DNA of 64,000 nucleotides from Selaginella moellendorffii (lineage: Eukaryota; Plantae; Lycopodiophyta). Where the stretch lies: positions 531,700 to 595,699 of the forward strand of contig NW_003314282.1 of the NCBI RefSeq assembly GCF_000143415.4, written 5' to 3'. Positions within the stretch are counted from its first letter, which is position 1, and every line of letters begins with the position of its first letter. The notes beneath the pieces are model-generated. The model did not search any database, was not told the origin of the DNA, and worked only from the letters and a program-made list of their open reading frames with translations. Positions 11,951 through 23,338 of the stretch are shown here, in pieces. The translations under genes were made by a program, and so were the position numbers.

Positions 11951-12890
11951 ATTTATAAGCCCAAAAAAAAGGAAATTTTACCAAGATCTGTGTAGTGCAC
12001 TTGAATTTAAAGCTGAACTCTAAGCCCATTATGCTACGAAACGAAGGTCCGGTACAATCCCACAAACACCAACTCCCCATATCTAGCACCTGCATGTAAA
12101 ATGGTGTCAGATGGTGTCTAGCACAATTTTGGCATATCGGTGACCTAACGCAAAGATGAAGGTACCCTATTGATTAAAGCAGTATGGAGCTTGGGCTTAG
12201 ACCTAAGCTGGACACAAAACAAGGAGCGACACAACCTAGCAGGAGCCAAACTAATGTCTCAAATGGTTGTACATGCATTCTAACCACTATCCTTACTATA
12301 TATTTGGAACCCCCTATAACACCCCCCCGCCTTGAGGAATACATGCTTTGGGCTTTCACCCCAAGCCTCCTTTAATACCAAGAGTTAGTCTCTGGGATAA
12401 GCTCGAAACTTACTAAATATGGAATGTCCCTAGATTGTGAATTTAGACACGAGACGAACACTATTGTGTTCAGAACAATCTTTACATTCCGTAATTATGC
12501 CAAATGAGTGAAGCTAAACACTTTCCATAAATAGCATTTGGGACCGAAATAAGACTAACATAAAGGGCATGATAGTGAGGGTGTTTGGTAGACATGGTAA
12601 ACTATCATCCAACGATATTAAAGGACTAATCTCAATACACGAGGGTTTTTGTCACTAACTAGTGTAATACATAACAAAATGGGAACTTTTAGCTAATAGT
12701 ACATAGGAATTCCGTCCTTATGCTCGTCCAGTCTAAATACACTCGAAATGCCCAATTAACTCTACTAGCACAAAAAGGGCTACCAAAGGGATCCAATTGT
12801 ACCAACCTTCTGCCATCATGGCAATAAGGAAGGAGTGTCCGTAAGGACTAGCTGACAAGTATTTTTCGATACCCGAAGTTACATTCATGA
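11951..12890 (-). mobile_element. Nested LTR-element fragment splitting the Copia RT
   Basis: RT homology stops near 11950 and resumes near 12890. Inside, the minus strand reads ctcaaggcggggggg-TGTTATAG (PPT plus LTR start at 12321). Confidence 0.65.
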
Positions 12891-15800
12891 CAATTTATCA
12901 TTTGAAGTTGTTTGGAGAGTTGTTCTTTAAACCATGATGAGATCATCAATATAAACACACATGAGAATAAGCAAGCCATCACGAAAATAATAATATAAAT
13001 TCCAATATGCTTCTACATGAGAGAAACTAAGAGTTAGAAAAAACTTGTGCAAAGTATTATACTAGATCCTTGGTGACTATTTTAATCTATAAATGGATCG
13101 TTGGAGTTTACAAATTCCCTTGGATCTCAAAACTTGGAAGTTGTTGTATATACACCAATTCCTTTAACTCGCCATTGAGAAATGCATTTTTGATGTCCAT
13201 CTGCTCAACCTCAAGATCTAAATGATTAGCGATTGCAAGAACAAAACGAATAAAAACCATCTTAACTACAGGTGAAGAAATCTCACTATAATTGATTCTG
13301 GCTTGCTATGTGTATACTTTTGTGACTAACCTTGCTTTGTACTGATCAATCTCACCTGTCTCCTTGTATTTTATCTTGTGAAACCCATTTACACTGTATG
13401 ATTGAAGCTTTGCAAGGAACCTCCTGTGGTGAAATGACTGTCTAGGAACCATTTTCCAATTAAGCATGATATTTGTCTTCTATTGCTTCTCACAAATGAA
13501 AACATTGCAATCCAAAAAGAGCTGCATCTAAGTTTGTTGGCTTGTGAATGACTTGTGTGGCTTGTGCATAATAATGTAGAATGTAGGTTTCCAAGGTTTA
13601 AAAGAATGTCTTGGTAGTGAACTAGTGTTTAAAACATCCAAAGATTCACCATTCTCTCACTTTGATAAACCACTACTCTCTAGATTTGCATGAACAATAT
13701 CCAACACATTAGAATTCTGAAGTAAAGTACCTCATTTTAAGAGTTTAGAGCCATTATCATCCATAGATGGAGCAAAAACTTTTTGAGGTAGTAGTGGGTC
13801 CTCAAGTGGTGGTTCAAGAGGTGGTGTGGTTCCACTAAAGAAGTCTTTTGGAGTTGATACCACTTCCTCATCATTGTTATTTCCATGTGCACTGATTAGA
13901 ACCAAATGTATAAAATATCTAGTGTCTTTCTTATTACTGATTGACAAGGTAGAGTACATTGGTACATCTTCTAGAAAGAAAATAGTAACCAACACCTTCT
14001 TCTGACTAAAAATCCAAACCCGATAAGCCAAACATCATACATCTCATTGAATAATCTTCCCATTTATTTCATCTTTCCTCAATTGAAATGTATGCATATC
14101 CTACACACCCAAACACAAGTAAATATTGTTCCTACAAAAGCAGTACTGGAGAAAGCACTATATGAAATTTGAACAAGTTTGAAACCATTGTATTTTGCAC
14201 ATGAACCATAATATTCACAACCTCAACCCAAAAGAACATTAGAACATGATTGAATTAGCATCCCCAATTAGAATAGGATGACGTGTTGCAATCTTAGCCC
14301 CAGATGACATTGGATGTTTTGAGCATCAATTTGGCTACATTAAGGAATGTTAACATTTTTTACTCCACAACCCATTTTAACTATGTTTATATGGTGTAGA
14401 GATTTGGAGGAAGGTACCACATGATGCAAGGATTGTTTAAAATTCTCATGAGAGAAGTTCTATCCTCTATCAACTCTAAGTGTGTGGATTGTCATCCCAC
14501 ATTTATTTCTGACACTTGAATCCATTCTAGGAACTTACAAGGTGCCACAGATTTCTATCTTAAGAAATAAACAATTGTGTAATGACTTAAATTGTCCATA
14601 ATTAGTAGGAAATAATAAGCACTATTGAGTGACTTTACTAGTGACACTCTCCAAATGTCAACATGAACTAAGTCTAAAATATTTTTACCTTGAGTAGATG
14701 CTTTCTTTGGAAGTGGTTTCTTTTCATCTTAGCTTGAAGACATACCTCATATGTGTCCAAACTTGTGTTCTTTAAATCTAGCACTCCAAATGCTAGCTTA
14801 GGGATTTCCTTCATTCGGTCGAAAGCTTGTATAGCCTTGCCAAGGATGCCATAACTGTAAAGATGAGTTTTTAGAAAAGAAGATAAAATACACACTTGGA
14901 TTGTCTAGTGAAAGGAAATAAAGGCTATTCAAGGTTATTGTCTAAACAATTCATGTTTGATGAAGAATGAAGTCTATTGTAGTGTGATGAAAGAATGTGT
15001 ACACTCCTTGCTTTGTGAGTTTTGAGACAGACAAAAGGTGTCTCACTAGCTTCAGCACATATAGAACATTAGAAACCTCAAGTTGAAGATATGAAAAATA
15101 AATTATGCCATATGCAATTATTTGTAAAGCCTCACCACTTGCTATGCTAATTGCCATATCAAATTTACTATAGCTTATTTGTTTGAAGAACCTCTTATTT
15201 GAAGTCATGTGATGCATTGCACTCTATCAGCCAACTCATACTCTAACATTTCCCATTTTGAATATAATCTGCAAATACAAAAGATGAGTCCTTGAAAAAA
15301 TGAGTACTATTAAGATCATCCTTTTCCTCATGTGTTGCTAAATTTGCAATTGGCCCCTTTTGTTTGAGACCCTTTTGATTGGGACAATCTATTGCATAGT
15401 GCCTGAAACCACAGCATTTGCTACAACAAACACTCTTATACTTCTGTCGCACTTGTTCTACTGAGTTGTGCTCACTCAAAAATTTCTGTCACTTGAAAGA
15501 ATTTCTTCCAATCTCCTGAGGTGCCATTGCCACGTTTCCTTATCCTTCTCTCTAGCATCCTTGTCTTGTTCAACCTAGCATAGTGGTGGATGTTAGCGAT
15601 CACTTGATCTAATCTTGGACAAAGACAATTTTTCTAGAGCTCCATCTTGGCTTATGGTACTTCTTATTTAGTCTGAGTATTATAAAAGCTCTAGTCACAT
15701 TGGAAAATGTTGATCTCATATTCTACAGCTTATCCCCAAGAGTTGTCATCTGATCTATATAATTATGAGCCTTCTTATGTGGACTTTGGTGGTAGTTCAC

Positions 15801-16247
15801 CATCTGATGGAAGATGCTCATAAATATAGCCCAAGATTTCTTACAGTAGAACTGTTGGAGAGTGTTCTATGTCACAGCTGTTATTTGAGAATTTTTCACC
15901 TTTAAAATATCCTCTAAACGCACTTGCTCAATCAACATCGCTCTTGCAATGACATTGTTCTGTTTGAAATCTTTATGCCGTCACTAATATGCTTGGCTTT
16001 GCTCCACAGACATTCAAGCAACTTCTTTTGGAGGGGGAAGAACCGGCATTTATTCACTCCCTGTGACCACTCTTAATATCTTTTATATTGGAAAACCATT
16101 GAAATACATTATCATGAAAAAAAAAGAAACTTCCTTTCTTCCTTTCCCTTCCCCATCTTAGCTTGAGCCCTTACTATTTAGCTTATTCTTGACTTAAATG
16201 TAGTGCATGTGATCATGGGATGAGTGTAAGCGACTAAAGTTTCCATT

Positions 16248-16690
16248 CTACTTTAGTCACTTAACCACACTTTTGACCACTTGGAGGAATCTCACTCACA
16301 ACCTATTCTGAGTCCTATGTGAGTGAGACTTTTAGAATAGGACTCCTATTCTGGGCTTGGGGACTTGCTATCCCTGAAAATAGCACCTATGCCATTTAAC
16401 CTTTACACTTAGTTCAACAATGTATACCAAATTCGACAGCTTACATGTTTGATCCCATGACCAACACCCAAAGGTCTACTTTAGTCACTTAACCACACTT
16501 CTGACCACTTGGAGGAGTTTCACTCATAACTTATTATGAGTCCTATGTGAGTGAGACCTTTAGAATAAGACTCCTATTCTGGGCTTGGGGATTTGCTAGC
16601 CCCGAAAATAACACTTATGCCACTTAACCTTTACACTTAGTTTAGCAATGTAGACCTACATGTTTGATCCCATGACCAACACCCAAAGGT
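16248..16690 (+). repeat. Tandem duplication, 228 bp + 215 bp
   Basis: Units start ctactttagtcacttaaccacac at 16248 and 16476; both end gatcccatgaccaacacccaaaggt. Confidence 0.95.
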
Positions 16691-17539
16691 ACCATTAACA
16701 TATCAACCTATTACGCTAAAGTCATGTCTATTCACCTTTGTTGCACTGGTGATCCAACACCACCTGCATTATAGTCTTGTCTCTCAAAAGTTGGGCTATT
16801 TATCTATAAGTGATCATCTTAGATCCACTCTTTAGCATCCTTAAGATGTTTACAGATATGGGGAATAACCTTTCCCAATATCCTTTTTTCAGTCCCCACT
16901 AAATCCCTTTCCGTCCACAGTTGTCCTTCCAAAAAGCAAAGCCCTACTACGGCCCTTAACCCTGGTTGCTTACACTACTACTGAGTTAGGGCTTAAAGGC
17001 CCAACCACTATGTTCCATTGACCTCTAGGACTTCTTTACCACATGACTACATCATTAGTCACTATACAAGAGGATTGCTCCTCTTTTTTTCCTCAGTCTA
17101 AGACTCTGGGATAACATTTTGAAACACTGCAGCTCTATGCGAGCCTCGTGAGTAGTCTCCCCAACTTCCACCTTTAGGTGCCCTAGCTATGCTAGAGCAA
17201 GGTTCTAATGAGTTATGCTAAGTATCCAAGTAGGTAATGCCACACACACTTAAATTGGGAGTATCAACCATTTGATGTCCCAGGGGAGATAAAGCCAACT
17301 TTTGAACACTTCACCAAACTACCCCATTTGTCTATCCATATTCACTTTAACTTTGGACTTCTCAATGGTTATATCATCACTTAACACATAGGTATAGCCT
17401 TTTTAGGTCACACTGGCCTTTCTTGGCTAAATTAGTTCCATTGAAGTCCTACACTTTCTTTACTATATTTTTGGAACCTCTTGCAGCACCCTCTTGGGGA
17501 CAATCATTTTGGGCTTTCATCCCACAACTTGTATTAGTA

Positions 17540-17730
17540 TTCGGACTCGAACTTAGACTTAAACTTAAACTCGGACTCGGTCTCGATTTCGATTTCGATC
17601 TCGATTTCGGTCCCAGTCTCAGTCCCAGTCCCAATATTAATTTTTATCTTGGGTTCATCTTGGACTTCATCTCGGACTCCATCTCGGACTCCATTTTGGA
17701 CTCCTTCTCGAATCCATCTTGGATTCCATC
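17540..17730. repeat. Compound hexamer/dodecamer low-complexity tract
   Basis: Runs of ctcgga/cttaaa, ttcgat, agtccc and catctcggactc. Confidence 0.85.
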
Positions 17731-18208
17731 TTGACACTTTTATATGTCATGTGTTTGTCATTACTTATTGCTTGTTTCATACTCATTCCTTGAGCCTTTC
17801 GTTAAGAGTTCCACTCTTGACTTTCAAGTCGGAGCTTTTAGTCTAAATGTGTTACGCTCGTTTGGCTTCCGCTTCAGCCACTCCTTTTGGCTTCACTTTG
17901 CGGCTTAGGGATTTGTATCTCATAATGAGATTTAGATATATTGTCATTTAAACATTAGGGAATAAATGAAGATAAATATTTATTAAAGGTTCTCTCATCA
18001 AACAATTGCCCCTTTCCCCATTAGCTTAAAGGGGAGAGAGATAAGGTATATTACATATAGTATAACATAGTTATCTACCGTAGGACTATAATATGAGTGG
18101 ATAAGGATATTGACATCTCTAAAGGGGGCATGAGTGTAATTATATATATTAGACATCCATGCATATATATTTCCTCTTGTAGAGCATTCATACACACTAC
18201 TGACCAAT

Positions 18209-18323
18209 TGGAAAAGCTAGAGCCCCAGAAAAGAGAATCTTTTAAATAGGAAAGTACTTGATATATATTAGTACAATACTTCATACATATCTTAGTTATT
18301 TTGATTGCACTTTGGTTCTAGCA
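18209..18323 (-). repeat. Copia 5' LTR with decayed tRNA-Met PBS
   Basis: Shares aagtacttgatatat..gtacaa.acttc..tagtt..tttgattgca..ttggttc with 11012-11145. Adjacent ctgacca resembles the ctgatacca PBS. Confidence 0.7.
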
Positions 18324-18739
18324 AAATATATCATTTTAAATATGGTTCATTTGCAATTATTTTTTATATTTTATTTCTAGGGGGTAATAATTGCCATGAT
18401 AGTACTGATGCATTAGTTGTACTAATAAAACATACCTAATCCCTATTGTGAACAATGACTACTACTTAAAAAGGAGGGGAAGAACTTACTTGATCCAGTG
18501 GAGATAAAAGGCAGCTTTAGGAACAACTAGACATATAGCTCTAATAACTAGACATATATCTTGCTCCTTGTTACACTCGCCATAATCTTGCAAATGCTCC
18601 TAGCACGTTGGCCAGCTTGCTTCCAGCAGGAAGAGCTTCAACTAGGCCATCAAACTTGAAGTTGGACTTTACCCTGGAGGTTTACAAATTAAGGACTATG
18701 CTTTCCTATTTAAGGAAAGAGGAATTGGTAGGTTACCCT

Positions 18740-19547
18740 ATGGAGCAGGGATTGTTGAACCCAAATGGCGAGTATGATCTTGCTGATATCTACAAGAGCT
18801 GGAACCTTAGTCGCCACTGGATTATGTGGCGCCAGTTCTTGATGAATCTCATCTGTCATGGCTTCACTGCATATGGGTTTTATATGGCTACCATACGTTG
18901 GCCCCCTCAGCTATCCCCTCTGTTAACTGTAGCAGGTTACTTTGCGGCCTGGATCTTGTCAGGTCAGCTTTCTTTTCCTTCTTTTTTTCTGGAGATAACA
19001 AGAGCTCCATGCAGGATTTATGCTTTTTCAATTTGGTCGAAAGAAAATTATCACATACGGTTTTCTTGTTGGGGGCATCAGTGGTATTTTTTCCGCATTG
19101 ATCACGAATCAGTGGGTGGTGCTTCTGCTGGTGGTGATATTATACTGTGGACTTTTCACTCCAGCAGCAATACCTTTGCCTGATGATTGGAACGACGGCG
19201 GCGGTTTGGTTGTGTTCATAATGGTCGGTTTCATGAGGTATATGGCTTACATGGCCTGTATTGTGGCTGCCATCGTTGCTCCACCAGTTGGATGGCAAGT
19301 TCAAGCCTTTGCACTTGTGGGATCGACCGCTGCTATTGTCTATGCGATGCTGGTTCATTTCTACTTGTTGGAGTCCCCACTAGAAATTCTAGATGGTTAT
19401 AATGCTTTAGCAACAATGGATATGGACCAGCTGCTTGCTATTCGACAAGAGAAGGCCATTGAAGCTTTGAGGGTGTTTGCGGAGGCCACAGGGAAGACTC
19501 TACCAGAAAATTTGAAGAGCCTCAGGAAAGTTAGTCCGTTGGTGTAA
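18740..19547 (+). CDS. Half-size MFS / OCT-like membrane protein, copy 2 (about 251 aa)
   Basis: Exons 18740-18962 and 19015-19547; same intron position as copy 1 and long identical peptide blocks; has ESP motif. Confidence 0.7.
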
Positions 19548-19789
19548 TTGGCTTGTGTGTGCCTGAACTTTAATATTTTGAATTCTCATGAATGTAAAAA
19601 AACGTTGTGAGCTCTCACCTCGGTTCCGCAATTGCAGCCAGTTTTTAAGCTCGCACATGCAAGCATCGGCATGGTCACCGGTGTGTGATTCACATTGTTT
19701 CGCTTTTTCTCTTTCATTCTGTTTTAAAAGTAACTACATGATGATGATACCACCATCCTGCCGCTCCAAATCCTTAGTACGGTGAAAAG

Positions 19790-20420
19790 CAGGGACTCTC
19801 CTCCATGATTCGCGAGGTGGCTTTGGTGCGGCAAGAATGTGATGAGCAGAAAGTGTCTGGGAAGCTACTCCATGATGAAAATCGCTGGGTAAGGAATCCT
19901 GCACGTCGAGGGATCTCGCCAATGGCCAGCGCATCCTACTCGGTGCTGGGCTCGGCTGGGCATATTGAGTGACCTGCTTCGATTATACCCGGAACTCAAC
20001 ATGATGTCGTGGTCTCAGCATATGCCCAGAGAGGGCATCTATTTTGTTTTGGAAACTTTATAAAGAGCCGCGACGTGGAAGGTTACACACAGAGATGCCG
20101 TGCACACATGCACGGGAAATATTTTACCGGGCCACTATACGAAACGCATGGAACACCATGGGCGCAGGATATGCCCAAGCAGGGCATCTTGATAACACCA
20201 CCGGCCGCAGTGGAACGAGGTGATCATCGGAACCATCGACTCCCCGATGCCCTGGAGTATGGATCACGGGATCTCGTGATCTGGACTGGCCTTCGGCTTC
20301 TTGCGAGAGAGCTGCCGTGAGCGCTGAGGGAAACCTGGCGAGCCAGGTGGAGATCTTCGTCGAGGCCAGGATCACCACGGCACTACGCGACGAAGCGCGA
20401 TGCGCCTTCCGCGGTCCTCG
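19790..20420 (+). pseudogene. Decayed PPR gene
   Basis: Fragments VSAYAQRGHL, QDMPKQ and SRDLVIWTGL interrupted by frameshifts and deletions. Confidence 0.5.
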
Positions 20421-20559
20421 ATTCCGACAAGGTCACCCGCGATCGATCCATGAATCCATCAATGAGAGCGAAAGTAAACCTAACAGGAAGAAGTTATGTG
20501 ATCCAGACGGGGTCAGTGGAGATGTAGTCGGCTCTTTTGTTTCGTTTCCCCCCCCCCCC

Positions 20560-22950
20560 CCCCTTTTTGTGGTTTTTCTCTCGTGCCGGCAGCTCTGGGA
20601 ATTTTTCCATGCCTTGTTACGCTCGTCGTAAAACGCTCCTGCAAATGCTCCTCGTCCAGCGCGTTGGCCAGCAAGAAGAGATACTGCTTCTTCCGGCAAC
20701 CTTGAAGTCCAGTAGACTTGGAACTTTACTCGACACCTGATTGCCCACTGTTGAAGGATATGGGTCACAAAATTACTGCAACATTGTTGAGCGAGACCGC
20801 CACTTCCGCGCCACTCTGTCTCATTCACGCCATGCTTCTACAGAAAAGAGAAGATTGTAAGAGTAAATTCGCAAGGAGAACTCTCCAGACTTCTCCACCA
20901 CAAGAGAAAACATGTTTTTAAATGAATTGGTCGATCCTGGCGGGATTTGGCAGCTGAAGCTGCAAGGTAAGAATAACTCCATTCCATTCTAAAGTAAGAA
21001 ATCAAACATACGCTTGCTGCGAGCGAAGGGCCACTGTCTCCATGAGTAGCTAGTTTGGTTGATCTACAATCTGCACATAAGCCATGAGAAACCTTTGGTC
21101 TTTCTTACTTGAGAAAAAATCTTCAAGTTATTTTACCAACCAAGCCTGTGATGAATAAGTTTCGAGAAAAATATGAGATAAAGAAGAAGAATGTGCTACT
21201 GTCCAGTCCCGACTGAGTAACAAGTCGAGCTTTCTTCTCATTCTCAGCATTGGCCCAGCAAGTTCACGTCACAAACGTTTTAGAAAACGAAAAGATTGCG
21301 GTGGCGACTGATCATCCAGAGGGTCAATTCTCCCGGTGAAGAATACAGTTGGCCGACATGGCTGGCCCCTGGAATGGTTTGGCTGCTTTATATATCCCTG
21401 TTCATCTCCTGTTTCCTGTGTCCAGTTGTTCCACTACCACTAGACTGCCACTAGATTGCATTGCGACCAAAAGGACGCCCTGCCAAGAGATCTGAGCGTT
21501 GGTTTCGCAGAGTCGTTTCTTCCTCTCAAGATTCTAAACGCAAGGAAGGTGCAAGAAGTAATCTTCACCGGTTCCATGCGCTCTCGAGAAGGTTCAAGGA
21601 AGACTGGCTGGAGAGGTTCTTTGTCTTCTCTCCACCGGCTGAGGCTATCGAAAAAGCTCATGGTCAACTTACCAAAACCGCGTGGTTTCTATTTCATCTT
21701 CATCCACTTCATCGAAGCTTTTTGTTTTTTTTTCCCAAAAATTCCCTCACTGTTCGGGCTTTTTTGTTTTCTCGGGTTCTTTCTAGTTTCCCTCGTCCTC
21801 GTCCTCATTCGCCTCATTTCTCAATTTCAAAGTGTCACCTCTACCCTCCCGTCCTCGTCCTCCTCACATCTTCTTTTTCCTTTTTACCATTCTCGTGTGA
21901 GATCCTGGCAAAAAAAACTCGTCAGGTACTTCCCAGGTTTATAGTTGTATGGCCGCCAGAAGAATTTTATGTTTATCGTAGATCCAGTTGATGAGTAGGT
22001 TGTACAAGCTCGTCACCTGTAATGCATTTAGGAGCAGAATATGCACCATTTTCCCCAGCTCGGCAGGCATCGGTCTTCTTAGCGGTAGTTTTATGAAAGA
22101 GTTGAGCGAGAGTTGTTTATCCACCTTCATGCAATCTTTCCTGCATATCGCAAGGCATACGAGTTTTAAAACATTAAATAAGAGTTGAGGCACACCTCGT
22201 ACAGCCATTGCAAGGATGCTGAGGAGACAACTTGTTCTTTTACATCTTCTGCCAGACATCTTCTTCACCGGCGAGCAGAAGCGGGGACCTCTTGTGGATC
22301 ATGTTGCTCTTGGCTAGGCTTATCAGGAGGAGGTCCAGATTGATGATGGCTGTTTTCCTGGATCCATAATGGTTAGAGTAAAACAAAAGGTTAAAGAAAT
22401 AGCAACTCACGCATTCAATACGCATTCTCCAACCCACCCGAATCCATGGTGCGCTCTGCACGTAGAAAAAACCAAAAGCATCAATCAAACAGTCGGGCTC
22501 CTGCTCTAGTTTTAAACATCGTTACTTCTTCGTTGTGTTCGATGCTTATGGTCATACCAGTATTTTCTTCATTTCCTCTTTGATCTGGGACGCTGTGAGC
22601 TGCATGAAAGAAAAAACGAACTTAATATATTTATCAATAAGCAGCTTTCCTTGCCTCTTCTTAACAGCCGCGTAGAGGGCACTCCTCAAGGAGAGTTTGA
22701 TAGACCTTGATACGGATTCCCATTCCATGCCCGCAAATGCAAATATGTAGAGCTGGATCCAAGAGTGTTAAGGCAGCAAATGGCAATTGTCTTCTATGAC
22801 ATACATTGATTTTATTACCTTTACTACTTGCTTAGCTTGATGATCTTCATCTTTCATCGGTGGGCATCAAAGTTCTAAAAAACCCAGCTCACGTTCCCTA
22901 TTGGTGGGTGAACAATCCAACACTTGGTGAATTCTGCTTCACAATGATAG
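20560..22950 (-). pseudogene. Degenerate multi-exon gene of unknown family
   Basis: Coding-like minus-strand segments (ORFs 20433-20828, 21939-22268, 22240-22488) with splice-like signals and stops; no domain recognised. Confidence 0.3.
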
Positions 22951-23086
22951 AAAAAGTTCCCAGAGTAAAAATAGTAACAAGTTATGAAACTAGTTTACTT
23001 CCAGAAATAGGAAATTCTTAATTGTGCTTGATCTGCTCGATAAGTTGACATCACAAACTTGACTTGACCAGACCAATGGTAACACA

Positions 23087-23162
23087 CTATCTTCATACGG
23101 TTTGTCTATTTATTCTCGCACGAGTCCCCACCTATCTTCATACGGTTTGTCTATTTATTCTC
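23087..23162 (+). repeat. 31-bp exact direct repeat with 14-bp spacer
   Basis: ctatcttcatacggtttgtctatttattctc at 23087 and 23132. Confidence 0.95.
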
Positions 23163-23338
23163 ACCTACAGGCTGCTGGATTTTCTGCCCCAGATCCAGCT
23201 TGGGGCTCGAGCAGATTTACGAATCAATAGGTGAATCGGCACATACAGTAACGCAGGTGAGGATGAAGTCGCTAAAACGCCTGGAATATTTTTCTGTTTT
23301 ATGATATATTAGTTAGAAAAATCTGGTTTTATAAATTG

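Larger units (their letters stand above)
16115..18195 (-). mobile_element. Second nested insertion between Copia gag and 5' LTR, possibly a Gypsy gag-region remnant
   Basis: Not Copia-like; contains a 228-bp tandem duplication and a low-complexity repeat tract; frames have many stops. Confidence 0.5.
11012..18323 (-). mobile_element. Degenerate Ty1/Copia LTR retrotransposon with two nested insertions
   Basis: Minus-strand order: gag (about 16100-15500), Zn knuckle CSKCCGFRHYAIDC, protease region (HHMT..VLYV..LLSVSKL), integrase remnants, RT (DIKNAFLNG, VYIDD, YQNMVGALMYL), RNase H (HRRNKHFEMFHYFIKE..MIADLFTK), PPT aagggggag, and related LTRs at both ends. Confidence 0.9.

Noticed and set aside
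17423-17846. ORFs with EIEIE and SPSLSL repeats
   Set aside because: Translations of a low-complexity tract inside a nested TE remnant.
23087-23162. 31-bp direct repeats with spacer, superficially CRISPR-like
   Set aside because: Only two copies, 14-bp spacer, eukaryotic context and no cas genes; a simple local duplication.
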